Shown here piece by piece: positions 1 through 9,882 of a stretch of DNA of 64,000 bases (position 1 is its first letter; every line of letters starts with the position of its first letter). The stretch covers positions 96,001-160,000 of the forward strand of contig CAXFSR010000017.1 of the NCBI GenBank assembly GCA_964005815.1, in the 5' to 3' direction. The notes under the pieces were generated by a model. That model was not told the origin of the DNA, did not search any database, and saw only the letters and a list, made by a program, of their open reading frames with translations. Position numbers and translations under genes: made by a program. The DNA comes from an uncultured Nitrospinaceae bacterium (GTDB taxonomy: Bacteria > UBA8248).

Positions 1-471
1 CTAGTAAATTTACTGTCCGATGAAGGAAATTTTGGAGATAAAGCAGTTCCAATGGGAAAAGGAGGAAGCATTGATTTAGATGGTTTGGAAGTGACACTCA
101 CTCACGCTATGCACAGTTCCAGTTACAATGGGCAATATTCTGGAGAACCTTGCGGAATAATTTTGAAATTTGAAAACGGAAAAACCCTTTACCATGCTGG
201 AGATACAAATGTTTTTGGAGATATGAATATAATTTCTGAACTCTATTCTCCGGATATTTGCCTACTCCCTATCGGCAGTAGATTTACAATGGACGGAAAA
301 GAAGCAGCACTTGCAACGGAACTTCTTTGTGCAAAAAAAGTAGTTCCAATACATTTTGGAACCTTTCCTTTGCTTACAGGAACAGCCGAACATTACGAAG
401 AAGAAGTCAGGAAAAGAGGGTTATCTACAGAAATAAACGTTTTAGAACCAGGAGAATCAATAGAAATTTAA
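1..471 (+). CDS. Metal-dependent hydrolase, metallo-beta-lactamase fold (UPF0173-like), 5'-truncated by window edge
   Basis: Frame open from base 1; motifs THAMHSS, YHAGDT, LPIG..FTM, PIHFGTF. Confidence 0.85.
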   Translation, partial: LVNLLSDEGNFGDKAVPMGKGGSIDLDGLEVTLTHAMHSSSYNGQYSGEPCGIILKFENGKTLYHAGDTNVFGDMNIISELYSPDICLLPIGSRFTMDGKEAALATELLCAKKVVPIHFGTFPLLTGTAEHYEEEVRKRGLSTEINVLEPGESIEI

Positions 472-1790
472 AACCTATCTAAAAAATTAGATTTTGACCA
501 ATTCTGTTTCGAAACGGTATTCCTGAATTTCTCCACTGGACTTCCTTCGCTCGAAACAAGTTTTTGCATTATTTTTTTACTATTTTCAACTGCTGGTTGG
601 TCAAAAGGATTGACTCCTCGAAGAATTCCACTATAGACAACTGTCCATTGCCAAAGAGAAATCATACTTGTCACATCAGAACAAGAAAGATTTTCTAACG
701 ACAAAATCATATGAGGACATTCAAACCTTTCTGTTTCGGCAAGCAAAACACTGTGTTCAAGATCGATAAAATCATTGCAACTAAATCTATCAGACAAAGA
801 AATATTATTGTTAGAGTTCTCTAAACGAATACTTAAACCCAACATATTTTTTCTGCCATCAAAAAAACGTTGATTAGTATGATGATGACTCTCTGGAGCA
901 TCAGAATATATCACAGTTTGCCCCATCCCTTTTTTACAATAACTTTCATGGACTAATTGAATTATGAGTTCTCCTAAACCACGAAAACACTTGCCATATC
1001 CGAAAATAAAAAGTTCAGTAAATCCTAAAATTTCAAAAATGTATAGTCTTAAGGAAAGAGCTTTGGCAAGATTTAAATCTAATATTACATCTGGCAAAAA
1101 TTGTTTATGAGCATCCTCGAATGATTTATCCAATTCAACTATTTCATCAATTTGATCTAAAATAAGAGCAATTGGCAAAAGAGAATTATTCTGTCCAGCC
1201 GAGAAACGACCTCCAACTTGATCTGCATGTGGAAGAACCGAGAGAGAATTTCTATTTGCAAAATCTGACAAACTACTATCTGTGCTATCAGTTACAACTA
1301 AAAATTGATATCCTTTCTCAAATAAGACTTCGGATGCTTTTACCACATTAATAGTGTCACCTGATTTACTAATTGGTATAATCAAAGTATTTGAAGGAGA
1401 AAAACCAGCACTTTCTGATATCAAATCACCAAATACACCGTTTCCTTCAAGAGAATCAATAAAAAATAATCTTTTAGATGAAATATTTCTGAAAAGAGCA
1501 TCATAAAAGGCAATCGTATTACGTATTGAACCTCCATTACCAATAACTACTATATTCTTTTTATTCGAATAAAATGGCAAAAAGTCAGAAATTTTTTGGA
1601 TATCTGGTCTAACTACTGAAAAATGTGGTTCAGGAATCCCGTTGTTATAGAACGAAATTGCATCTCTACATTTCAATGAGTCTTGAAGAATTGCTTTCGC
1701 TTCATTAATTGCGTTTTTTTGCAAAGGCGATGCAGATTTTAGAATCTTATCGTATATTTTCTCTGAACCTGCATAAAAAATTACACTCAT
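468..1790 (-). CDS. pgi: Glucose-6-phosphate isomerase-like SIS protein (divergent)
   Basis: IGNGGS, SKSGDT, VGGRFS, QLxxES and NPFDQPAVENSK motifs; ATG at 1790 preferred to the TTG at 1829. Confidence 0.75.
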   Translation of the reverse strand: MSVIFYAGSEKIYDKILKSASPLQKNAINEAKAILQDSLKCRDAISFYNNGIPEPHFSVVRPDIQKISDFLPFYSNKKNIVVIGNGGSIRNTIAFYDALFRNISSKRLFFIDSLEGNGVFGDLISESAGFSPSNTLIIPISKSGDTINVVKASEVLFEKGYQFLVVTDSTDSSLSDFANRNSLSVLPHADQVGGRFSAGQNNSLLPIALILDQIDEIVELDKSFEDAHKQFLPDVILDLNLAKALSLRLYIFEILGFTELFIFGYGKCFRGLGELIIQLVHESYCKKGMGQTVIYSDAPESHHHTNQRFFDGRKNMLGLSIRLENSNNNISLSDRFSCNDFIDLEHSVLLAETERFECPHMILSLENLSCSDVTSMISLWQWTVVYSGILRGVNPFDQPAVENSKKIMQKLVSSEGSPVEKFRNTVSKQNWSKSNFLDRF

Positions 1791-1867
1791 ATCAAGACCT
1801 ATAGAAGTAGAGAAAAAAATAATTGCCAAAAAAAGTTAATTGTGAACTCTAACATAAAATAAAACTC

Positions 1868-1896
1868 TTGACCGAAATAGATAATTATAATTTAAT
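1868..1896 (+). promoter_or_regulatory. Putative sigma70 promoter (TTGACC-17-TTTAAT)
   Basis: Near-consensus -35/-10 hexamers with 17-nt spacing in the divergent intergenic region. Confidence 0.4.
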
Positions 1897-1914
1897 ACTT
1901 TTCAATGTTTCCCT

Positions 1915-1942
1915 GAAAGAGGGCCCGACAAGGCCCTCTTTC
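1915..1942 (+). terminator. Perfect 11-bp hairpin GAAAGAGGGCC-cgacaa-GGCCCTCTTTC (terminator/attenuator-like)
   Basis: Perfect inverted repeat with GC-rich core in an AT-rich spacer. Confidence 0.5.
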
Positions 1943-2046
1943 CTAATTAACTATAATTCGCCATAGAGAATATTTGAGAAATAGGTTAGATTCTCTTTCT
2001 TTTTTTGTTATTTAATGAATAACATCATACGAGAAGGAATTTTATA

Positions 2047-2466
2047 TTGAATTCTTTAACTTTTATTTATGTAGGACTTACTGTTTTATTTTTTGGAATT
2101 TGGGGAACGTTTATGAAAATTGGACAAGAACGTTTAGGCTCAATGAATCATTTGATACTTATGGGAATTACTTTACTACCCATCACTCTTGTTGGAGTAC
2201 TGTTATTTCGTTCGTCTTTTCCAACTTTAAGTTCTGCATATATTTTTCCAATTTGCGCTGCTATTTCTACTGCACTAGGAATGTATTTTTTAACTTCTGC
2301 GATATCTCACTCAGAAAATAATATAACTGCTGTTATTGCTTTATCTGCACTATATCCTGGAGTAACTGCTTTTCTTGCATTTTTATTCCTGAATGAAACT
2401 TTAACTTTGCAAAAAATTGCAGGTCTCATTTTAGCAATTATTGCCGCGATTCTTTTTGCTTTTTAA
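2047..2466 (+). CDS. EamA/DMT family small transporter (single EamA repeat)
   Basis: 139 aa, about 5 hydrophobic segments, LSALYP...FLFLNE..T..KIAG signature; AAGGA RBS before TTG. Confidence 0.85.
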   Translation: MNSLTFIYVGLTVLFFGIWGTFMKIGQERLGSMNHLILMGITLLPITLVGVLLFRSSFPTLSSAYIFPICAAISTALGMYFLTSAISHSENNITAVIALSALYPGVTAFLAFLFLNETLTLQKIAGLILAIIAAILFAF

Positions 2467-2476
2467 GAAAAATATT

Positions 2477-4633
2477 ATGACTGAAAATAATCGAAAATTA
2501 AGAATTGGAATTGATACAGGTGGTACTTTTACCGATATCGTCGGTGTTAAAACAGATACGGGTGAAATTATCAGCACTAAAACGCCCACGACAACATCCG
2601 ATCCTAGTTTAGGGTTGATGAAAGGTATCGATAAAATACTTAAAGAAACAAAAATGCGTGACCGCGATATATCCGGTATCTACCATGGGACTACGGTTGC
2701 GACAAACGCAATTCTAGAAGAGAAATTTGACAACCTTGGACTTATCATCACATCTGGATTTAGACATCTGCTTGAAATAGGTCTCGTTACACAAAAAGAG
2801 CATTTTATAGATTCCACGAACTTTACCTCTAGATTAATTCAAGAACCATTAAGAGCATTAGTTCCGCCAGAAAGAATACTTGAAGTTAACGAAAGAATCT
2901 CTTCTACTGGAAAGATCTTAAATCCAGTTTTAAAAAAAGAAATATCTATTTTACCGAAAAAATTCAGGGAATTAGGTGTTTTTTCAGTAGGGGTTTGTCT
3001 TCTTCACTCTTATGCAAATTCTATTCATGAAAAGTTAATAAGAGATCTTTTTGAAAAAGAGTTCCCTGAATGCGAATTGAGTATTTCTTCATTGGTATCT
3101 CCGGAACCCGGAGAATATGACAGGGCAATTACAACTCTATTAGATTCTTTCATTAAACCACATGTAAAAAGCTATCTAGGTAAAAGTTCGTCGAAAATAG
3201 AGGATAAATACAAAAACATTCCTTTCCTCATAATGAAAAGCAACGGTGGAGTTGCATCAAATGAAGAAATTTCTAAGAAACCCATATCGACAGTTTTATC
3301 AGGACCTGCTGCAGGAGCATTATCTGCTTCTTATCTAGGAAGAATCTCAGGTATAGACAAGCTAATAACTCTTGATGGTGGAGGAACTTCTACTGATATT
3401 GCAATTATAGAGGAAGGTGAAGCAAAGAGGTCTGCCAATCATAAAATCGGTAGTTTTTCTCTTAAAATTCCGATGATAGATATTACAACTATAGGGACAG
3501 GAGGTGGCTCAATTGCCTGGATGAATTCTGAAAAAAGGTTGAAAGTGGGACCTCAAAGTGCTGGTGCTAATCCCGGACCTGTTTGTTATGGACAAGGAGG
3601 TGAAAATCCTACTGTTACGGACGCAAATTTGGTTTTAGCTAGAAGCCCACTCCATTTAGCAGGGGGAGAAATAAAATTAAACAAAGCTCTAGCTATGAAA
3701 GCAATGAGAAACCTCGCTAAACATTTTAAAATTGACCCTATGGAAATGGCTGCTGGTGTAGTAGAAATTACCGCATGGAATCAAGTACATGCAATCAGAC
3801 AAACAACAGTAAAAAAAGGATTATCCCCTCAAGATTTCTCTCTTATGGCATTCGGAGGTTCAGGGCCATTGACAGCTGGACTTGTTGCAGAATTTTTAGG
3901 GATTGAAAATGTAATTGTTCCTCCTTTTGCTGGAATGACTAGTGCATTCGGTCTTGAAGTAGTAGATTTGATGAACGAGCATATTTATCGTTACAAGAAA
4001 AAAGAAGATGACTTGGACATCCAAGAATTAAATTCAATTTTTGAGAACCTAGATACTCAAGCAACACATACTCTTTCAAAAGAAAACATACCTGAGTCTC
4101 GCCAACTCTTAAAACGAAACATAAGATTACAATATGAAAACGAATCAAATGAGATTGATATTGAGGTCCCGTCTGGGTTCATTTCGAATATCTCAATAAG
4201 AGAGGTCTTGCAAAAATTTCATTTCTACTATCAAAAGCAGTTCAATAAAAATTTCAAAGATCAAAGACAAGTAGAAATTACAAATTTGAATATTGTAAGT
4301 TACGGTCTTACCCAACCACCAAATCTGCCATTGATTCCATCTGGAGACGAATCTGCAGAGGAGGCATATAAGGGTGCAAGGTTGGTGTGGTTTCCTGAAA
4401 AAAACGGCTTTGTTGATACACCTATTTACTATCGTGAACGATTACTTGAAGGAAATTTCATACCTGGACCCGCTGTTATAGAAAGTTTTGGGAGTACTAC
4501 AGTCGTTTTTCCGAAACAGGAAGCTAGAGTTGATAGGTTCGGCAATTTATTACTAGTTTCTAAGACTGATTTAACAAAACAAAATAAAAGAGCTGGAAGA
4601 GCAACTGGTCTTCACGGTGTAGGAGCAGCCTAA
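2477..4633 (+). CDS. Hydantoinase/oxoprolinase A subunit (HyuA-like, ATP-binding)
   Basis: IGIDTGGTFTD, HGTTVATNA, SGPAAG, DGGGTSTD, GPQSAGANPGP, PTVTDAN; ATG at 2477. Confidence 0.92.
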   Translation: MTENNRKLRIGIDTGGTFTDIVGVKTDTGEIISTKTPTTTSDPSLGLMKGIDKILKETKMRDRDISGIYHGTTVATNAILEEKFDNLGLIITSGFRHLLEIGLVTQKEHFIDSTNFTSRLIQEPLRALVPPERILEVNERISSTGKILNPVLKKEISILPKKFRELGVFSVGVCLLHSYANSIHEKLIRDLFEKEFPECELSISSLVSPEPGEYDRAITTLLDSFIKPHVKSYLGKSSSKIEDKYKNIPFLIMKSNGGVASNEEISKKPISTVLSGPAAGALSASYLGRISGIDKLITLDGGGTSTDIAIIEEGEAKRSANHKIGSFSLKIPMIDITTIGTGGGSIAWMNSEKRLKVGPQSAGANPGPVCYGQGGENPTVTDANLVLARSPLHLAGGEIKLNKALAMKAMRNLAKHFKIDPMEMAAGVVEITAWNQVHAIRQTTVKKGLSPQDFSLMAFGGSGPLTAGLVAEFLGIENVIVPPFAGMTSAFGLEVVDLMNEHIYRYKKKEDDLDIQELNSIFENLDTQATHTLSKENIPESRQLLKRNIRLQYENESNEIDIEVPSGFISNISIREVLQKFHFYYQKQFNKNFKDQRQVEITNLNIVSYGLTQPPNLPLIPSGDESAEEAYKGARLVWFPEKNGFVDTPIYYRERLLEGNFIPGPAVIESFGSTTVVFPKQEARVDRFGNLLLVSKTDLTKQNKRAGRATGLHGVGAA

Positions 4634-6382
4634 ATGAACGCCAATCCAATCGTAAGTGAAATACTTTCTGGGGCAATTCTTTCCATTGAAATGGAATTAG
4701 AAGAATTTTTAGCCAGATCATGGAGGTGCGATTCCTTGAGAGATGGCAATAATTTTTCAGTAAAATTTTATGACAAATTCGGCAGATCTCTAACTTCAAA
4801 AATGCTAGGGACTGGCATAGATTCCATTCTTACTAAATTTTGTACTAAAGAAATAAATTCTGGAGACGCATTTATACAGAATGACTCATTTCTATCACTA
4901 AATGGTATCGGTGATTCATCTGAAATATGCATTACTCAACCACTTTTTGCAGAAAAAGAATTAATCTCTTTCTTACAAGTTCGAGCACAACATGATGATT
5001 TAGGAGGTATCAATTTTGGAGGAACATCCACTCACTCCGAGGATAATTTTCATGAAGGAATCATTATTGAACCAATTAAAATAAAAGAAGGTCAAAAACT
5101 AAAAGAAGAAATTTTTAATCTTATAGTACAAAATAGTAGGCAACCCGACATTCTTAAAGATGACTTACATTTAAAGATTTCTGTACTAAATTTAGGTGCT
5201 CAGCAACTTAAAGAACTCATAAAAAGATACGGAAAAGACGAACTAAAAGCATGTTTCTCAGATCTTTTAAGAGAATCTAAAGATGCTTTTGGAAATTTAA
5301 TAGGAAAAAACATTAAAGACGGTAAATGGAAAGTCAAAAAAACAATTGCTCCTAATCATTTTGGAAGTAAAAATCATGTGAGCCTAACTCTATTAAAAAA
5401 AGGCAAGGAACTTAGCCTGAACTTTACTGGAAGTTCTGATCAGTCTGAAAGACCAATCAACTGTCCCCTCCATGGGAACGGGGTGAAGTTTATTTCAAGA
5501 CTTTTAACACCTTTTTTGCTTCAATTAGAAAATGATACTGAGCAAAGGAATAACATAAGAGTAAATGACGGAGCTTGTAAAAGCTTGGAAATAATTCTTC
5601 CAGAAACTAGGACATTAGTTACCCCTGATTTTCCTGCTCCTATAGGTCTTCGTCTCATAACTATCAGCAGTATCATTTCAGGTTTTAATGAACTTTTGTT
5701 TAAGGCTAGTTCTGGAAAGACTCGGGTTGGATTTGAAAATTTAAACACTCTCAGTTTTTTTAGTGAGAACAAAAAAAATAGAACCACACTTTTTCGTGAG
5801 TCTATTGGTTCAGGATCGGGTGCCTCTTTTAATAGTGATGGAATGTCTTCAGTACTACCTATTTCTGGAACTGGTAGAATTCCAGTTGAAATTGCTGAAA
5901 GTCGTTATCCTTTACAAATTATTCGAGAGGAACTAACGGTAGATTCAGCAGGTCATGGAAAATTCAGGGGAGGATTAGGGGTCACTAAGGAGTACCTGTT
6001 AAAAGATGATTCTTTAATTTCAATAGCCCGAAACGATGATGAGACATCTGTCCTAGGAAAACTTGGGGGGCATAGTGGTTCTCAATCAAAACAATCAATT
6101 TGCAACAAAGGATCAAATAAGCGTTCTCTTCCATCAATAATCTCTTCTGAAAAAATTGCTATAGGCGAACGTTTGACAATTCAAGCACCTGGAGGTGGAG
6201 GATTTGGGAATCCTCTTCGCAGAAATATTCAGTTAGTGAAAGAAGATGTTTTAAGAGGTTATATTTCTCGTTCTATAGCCATGAAGACTTATGGAATAAT
6301 TTTCAAGAATAACAAAAATTTAGAAATAGATGAAAAACTTACGAAAAAAGAAAGAGACCAACAAAGTAAAAAGAAAAAATAA
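4634..6382 (+). CDS. Hydantoinase B/oxoprolinase subunit (HyuB-like, divergent)
   Basis: Abuts HyuA; HEGIIIEP, PVEIAE.RYP, DSAGHGKFRGGLG, PGGGGFGNP motifs. Confidence 0.85.
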   Translation: MNANPIVSEILSGAILSIEMELEEFLARSWRCDSLRDGNNFSVKFYDKFGRSLTSKMLGTGIDSILTKFCTKEINSGDAFIQNDSFLSLNGIGDSSEICITQPLFAEKELISFLQVRAQHDDLGGINFGGTSTHSEDNFHEGIIIEPIKIKEGQKLKEEIFNLIVQNSRQPDILKDDLHLKISVLNLGAQQLKELIKRYGKDELKACFSDLLRESKDAFGNLIGKNIKDGKWKVKKTIAPNHFGSKNHVSLTLLKKGKELSLNFTGSSDQSERPINCPLHGNGVKFISRLLTPFLLQLENDTEQRNNIRVNDGACKSLEIILPETRTLVTPDFPAPIGLRLITISSIISGFNELLFKASSGKTRVGFENLNTLSFFSENKKNRTTLFRESIGSGSGASFNSDGMSSVLPISGTGRIPVEIAESRYPLQIIREELTVDSAGHGKFRGGLGVTKEYLLKDDSLISIARNDDETSVLGKLGGHSGSQSKQSICNKGSNKRSLPSIISSEKIAIGERLTIQAPGGGGFGNPLRRNIQLVKEDVLRGYISRSIAMKTYGIIFKNNKNLEIDEKLTKKERDQQSKKKK

Positions 6383-6500
6383 TGCGTTTTTACTTAAGAA
6401 ATCCTTTTGAGTAATTGTATTTGCTTTTTGTTTAATGTATTTTTTATTTTTCCGCTTTACTAGTTATTTTCAAATTGAAATAAAAGGGGGATTCATTGAT

Positions 6501-7505
6501 ATGTCAATTAGGGTCGGTATAAACGGTTTCGGGAGGATAGGACGTAATTTATTAAGAGCTGCAATAAATGACAAAAATATCGAAATTGTTGCAGTTAATG
6601 ATTTAACAGATCCTAAAACTCTTTCTCATTTACTTAGATTTGACTCAATTCATGGTCGCTTTGATGGAATCGTCGAATCTGATGAAGATTCTATTATTGT
6701 AAATGGGAAGAAAATAAAAGTCCTCTCCACGAGGAATCCTGCAGATCTTCCATGGGAAGACTTAGGCGTAGAAATTGCCGTAGAGAGTACAGGAATTTTC
6801 ACAAAAAGAGAGGATTCTGGAAAACATATTGAAGCTGGCGCAAAAAAAGTAATCATATCTGCACCTGCTTCTGGGGAAGACATAACAGTTGTTCTTGGTG
6901 TAAATGACGACAAATACAACCATGACGAACATCACATAATCTCCAATGCAAGTTGTACAACAAATTGCCTTGCTCCAGTGGCAAAAGTTCTACATGAAAA
7001 ATTCAAAATACATCATGGATTAATGACAACTACCCATGCGTACACAAATGATCAAAAGATTTTAGATTTACCACATAGTGATCTACGTCGCGCAAGAGCG
7101 GCTGCAGTAAGTATGATTCCAACATCTACTGGCGCTGCTAAAGCTGTAGGGTTAGTTTTACCAGAGTTAAACGGCAAGCTAGACGGAATGGCTATCAGGG
7201 TACCCACTCAAGATGTTTCAGTTGTTGATCTTGTAGCAGAACTTGGAGAAGAAGTAACAGCAGAAGAAGTTAATGACACACTAAAAGAGGCTGCCGAAGG
7301 AAAAATGAAGGGCATTCTTGATTATACTGATGAACCCCTTGTTTCAATTGATTTCCTTGGCTCATCAGCATCATCCACAATTGATGGATTATCAACCAAG
7401 GTTTTAGATAATAAAATGGTTAAAATTATTTCTTGGTACGATAATGAATGGGGATTCTCATGCCGTATGGTAGACCTTATTAATAAGATTGGTGCAAATT
7501 TATAA
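6501..7505 (+). CDS. gap: Type I glyceraldehyde-3-phosphate dehydrogenase
   Basis: [18 protein letters not shown] catalytic motif, WYDNEWG; ATG 6501 after AGGGGG RBS. Confidence 0.98.
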   Translation: MSIRVGINGFGRIGRNLLRAAINDKNIEIVAVNDLTDPKTLSHLLRFDSIHGRFDGIVESDEDSIIVNGKKIKVLSTRNPADLPWEDLGVEIAVESTGIFTKREDSGKHIEAGAKKVIISAPASGEDITVVLGVNDDKYNHDEHHIISNASCTTNCLAPVAKVLHEKFKIHHGLMTTTHAYTNDQKILDLPHSDLRRARAAAVSMIPTSTGAAKAVGLVLPELNGKLDGMAIRVPTQDVSVVDLVAELGEEVTAEEVNDTLKEAAEGKMKGILDYTDEPLVSIDFLGSSASSTIDGLSTKVLDNKMVKIISWYDNEWGFSCRMVDLINKIGANL

Positions 7506-7532
7506 AAGTCAATGACCTTTAGAGGATAAAGA

Positions 7533-8756
7533 ATGACGGAAATAACAAGTGGAATAGATAGCGATGTTAAAAAACTTGGCATTGAAGATGTAGATGTTTC
7601 TAACAAACATGTTTTGTTAAGAACTGACTTTAACGTCCCAATGGATGACCAAAATAATATCACTGATGATACCCGTCTTAGGTCCGTATTACCAACCATC
7701 AATTATTTGTTAGATTCAGGTTCAAAAATAATTATCCTATCGCATCTAGGTAGGCCGAAAGGAAAAGTAAATCCTAAACTAACTCTAGCCCCAGTCGCAA
7801 AAAGACTTAGCAGGCTTCTAGAAAAAGAATGCGCTATAGCACCTGAAGTAATTGGGAGTAAAGCAAAAAAAATGGTCGCAGAAATGGAAGGTTCAAGTAT
7901 ATTGATGTTGGAAAATGTCAGATTTCATCCAGGAGAAGAAGAAGACGATCAAGAATTTGCAAAAGAAATTTCTGATTTTGGAGACATTTACGTTAATGAC
8001 GCCTTTGGAAATGCTCATAGAAAACACGCCTCTATGTCATCAATTACAAAATTTGTACAACCTGCAGTAGCTGGGTATTTGATGATTAAAGAAGTGAATT
8101 ATCTAAAACGAGCTGTGGTAAATCCCATGAGACCTGTCGTTGCTATTCTTGGAGGTGCAAAAGCTAGTAGTAAAATAGGGATTATTGAGAAACTTCTAGG
8201 AAAAATGGATAAAATTATTATCGGTGGTGGTATGGCAGGTACTTTTCATAAAGCTATGGGATATGAAATGGGGAATTCACTTGTTGAAGAACATTTGATT
8301 GATACTGCCGAGTCTATTGTAAAGAAATCATCAGAATTGGGTATACATTTATATCTTCCTTGTGACTACGTAGTTGCAGATAAATTTGAGGGTGCAGCGG
8401 AAACTAAAGTAGTCCCTGCTCAAGAAATTCCTTCTGATTGGTTTGCATTAGATATCGGTCCAGCTACTACTGCCTTATATTCTGAAGTATTACAAGATGC
8501 AAAAACTATTGTTTGGAATGGCCCTATGGGCGTCTTTGAATTAGACGCTTTCAGTAGAGGAACCTATGCAATGGTAAATCACGTCGCAAATTCATATGCT
8601 TTAACTATTGTTGGAGGTGGAGATACTGATGTCGCTGTTCATAAAGCAGGTGAATCTAGAAGAATTTCATATATAAGTACAGGTGGGGGAGCTTTTCTAG
8701 AACTCTTAGAAGGAAAAGATTTACCGGGACTTGCCTCTCTAACTAATAAGGAATAA
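7533..8756 (+). CDS. pgk: Phosphoglycerate kinase
   Basis: DFNVP, HLGRP, NDAFG..HR.H, WNGPMG, STGGGAFLE. Confidence 0.98.
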   Translation: MTEITSGIDSDVKKLGIEDVDVSNKHVLLRTDFNVPMDDQNNITDDTRLRSVLPTINYLLDSGSKIIILSHLGRPKGKVNPKLTLAPVAKRLSRLLEKECAIAPEVIGSKAKKMVAEMEGSSILMLENVRFHPGEEEDDQEFAKEISDFGDIYVNDAFGNAHRKHASMSSITKFVQPAVAGYLMIKEVNYLKRAVVNPMRPVVAILGGAKASSKIGIIEKLLGKMDKIIIGGGMAGTFHKAMGYEMGNSLVEEHLIDTAESIVKKSSELGIHLYLPCDYVVADKFEGAAETKVVPAQEIPSDWFALDIGPATTALYSEVLQDAKTIVWNGPMGVFELDAFSRGTYAMVNHVANSYALTIVGGGDTDVAVHKAGESRRISYISTGGGAFLELLEGKDLPGLASLTNKE

Positions 8757-8774
8757 GGATATAAAGGATTTTTT

Positions 8775-9536
8775 ATGAGACGTGCAGTTGTTGCAGGAAA
8801 TTGGAAGATGAATACAAATTCAAAAGAAGCTCTGTCACTAACTCGTGGAATCATTGAAAAAACCGAAGATATAAAAAATGTTGATATTGTAATTGCTCCA
8901 CCTTTTTTAGGTATTCCTTCTCTTTCAAACATTTTGAATCAAACCAAAATAAGATTATGTGCTCAGAATTGCTCACATGAAAAAAACGGAGCACATACAG
9001 GGGAAGTTAGTGCATCAATGTTAAAACATGCAGGAGTGTCTCATGTTATTCTTGGACATAGCGAAAGAAGAGAAAATTTAGGAGAGAGTGACGAATTAAT
9101 AGCCAGAAAATTATCAGCGTCTATTGAAGAAGAGTTAGTACCAATCCTGTGCTTTGGAGAACCACTTTCCGCAAGAGAATCTGGTAAAGCGTTAACATAT
9201 GTAGAAACTCAGTTAAATATGAGCTTATTACAAGTTTTTGATCAACCTCCTAAAGACTTAATACTCGCCTATGAACCTATTTGGGCTATAGGTAGCGGAC
9301 AAACTGCTACTCCTGAACAAGCAGAGGAGATACACTCTTTTACTAGAGAAAATGTAGCAAATAAATATGGCAGTGATTATGCAAAAGAAATTAGAATACT
9401 CTACGGAGGAAGCGTTAAACCTGAAAACGCTTTGGAATTATTCCAACAACCTGATATAGATGGTGGATTAATTGGTGGAGCAAGTTTGCTTGCTAATGAT
9501 TTCACAAAAATAATTAAATCGGCTAGTAACATATGA
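8775..9536 (+). CDS. tpiA: Triosephosphate isomerase
   Basis: AGNWKMN, GHSERR, AYEPIWAIG, YGGSV, LIGGAS. Confidence 0.98.
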   Translation: MRRAVVAGNWKMNTNSKEALSLTRGIIEKTEDIKNVDIVIAPPFLGIPSLSNILNQTKIRLCAQNCSHEKNGAHTGEVSASMLKHAGVSHVILGHSERRENLGESDELIARKLSASIEEELVPILCFGEPLSARESGKALTYVETQLNMSLLQVFDQPPKDLILAYEPIWAIGSGQTATPEQAEEIHSFTRENVANKYGSDYAKEIRILYGGSVKPENALELFQQPDIDGGLIGGASLLANDFTKIIKSASNI

Positions 9537-9559
9537 ATTAATAGAAAGAGAGAAATCGA

Positions 9560-9853
9560 ATGATTATAATAGTAACTATATTACATGTTGTTATAGCTAT
9601 TTTTTTAATACTAACGGTTCTGCTTCAAGCAGGAAAAGGTGCAGGCATAGGTGCTGCTTTTGGCGGGTCAAGTGATACAATGATGGGCGTTAGGGGTTCG
9701 ACTGGTCTTCTTGGAAAATTGACAGCAACTGCAGCTATACTTTTCATGGTTACTTCCTTACTACTATCATACTTAGCTGCATCAAACCCAAACGAGTCAA
9801 TCATAACAAACAAAGCAGCACAAACAGAGAAACAAAAGAACAGTTCTAAATAA
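9560..9853 (+). CDS. secG: Preprotein translocase subunit SecG
   Basis: Two TM segments, VLLQAGKGAGIGAAFGG loop, position after tpiA. Confidence 0.95.
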   Translation: MIIIVTILHVVIAIFLILTVLLQAGKGAGIGAAFGGSSDTMMGVRGSTGLLGKLTATAAILFMVTSLLLSYLAASNPNESIITNKAAQTEKQKNSSK

Positions 9854-9882
9854 TACCTATCCATCTGCCCTAAAGGCTAGGG

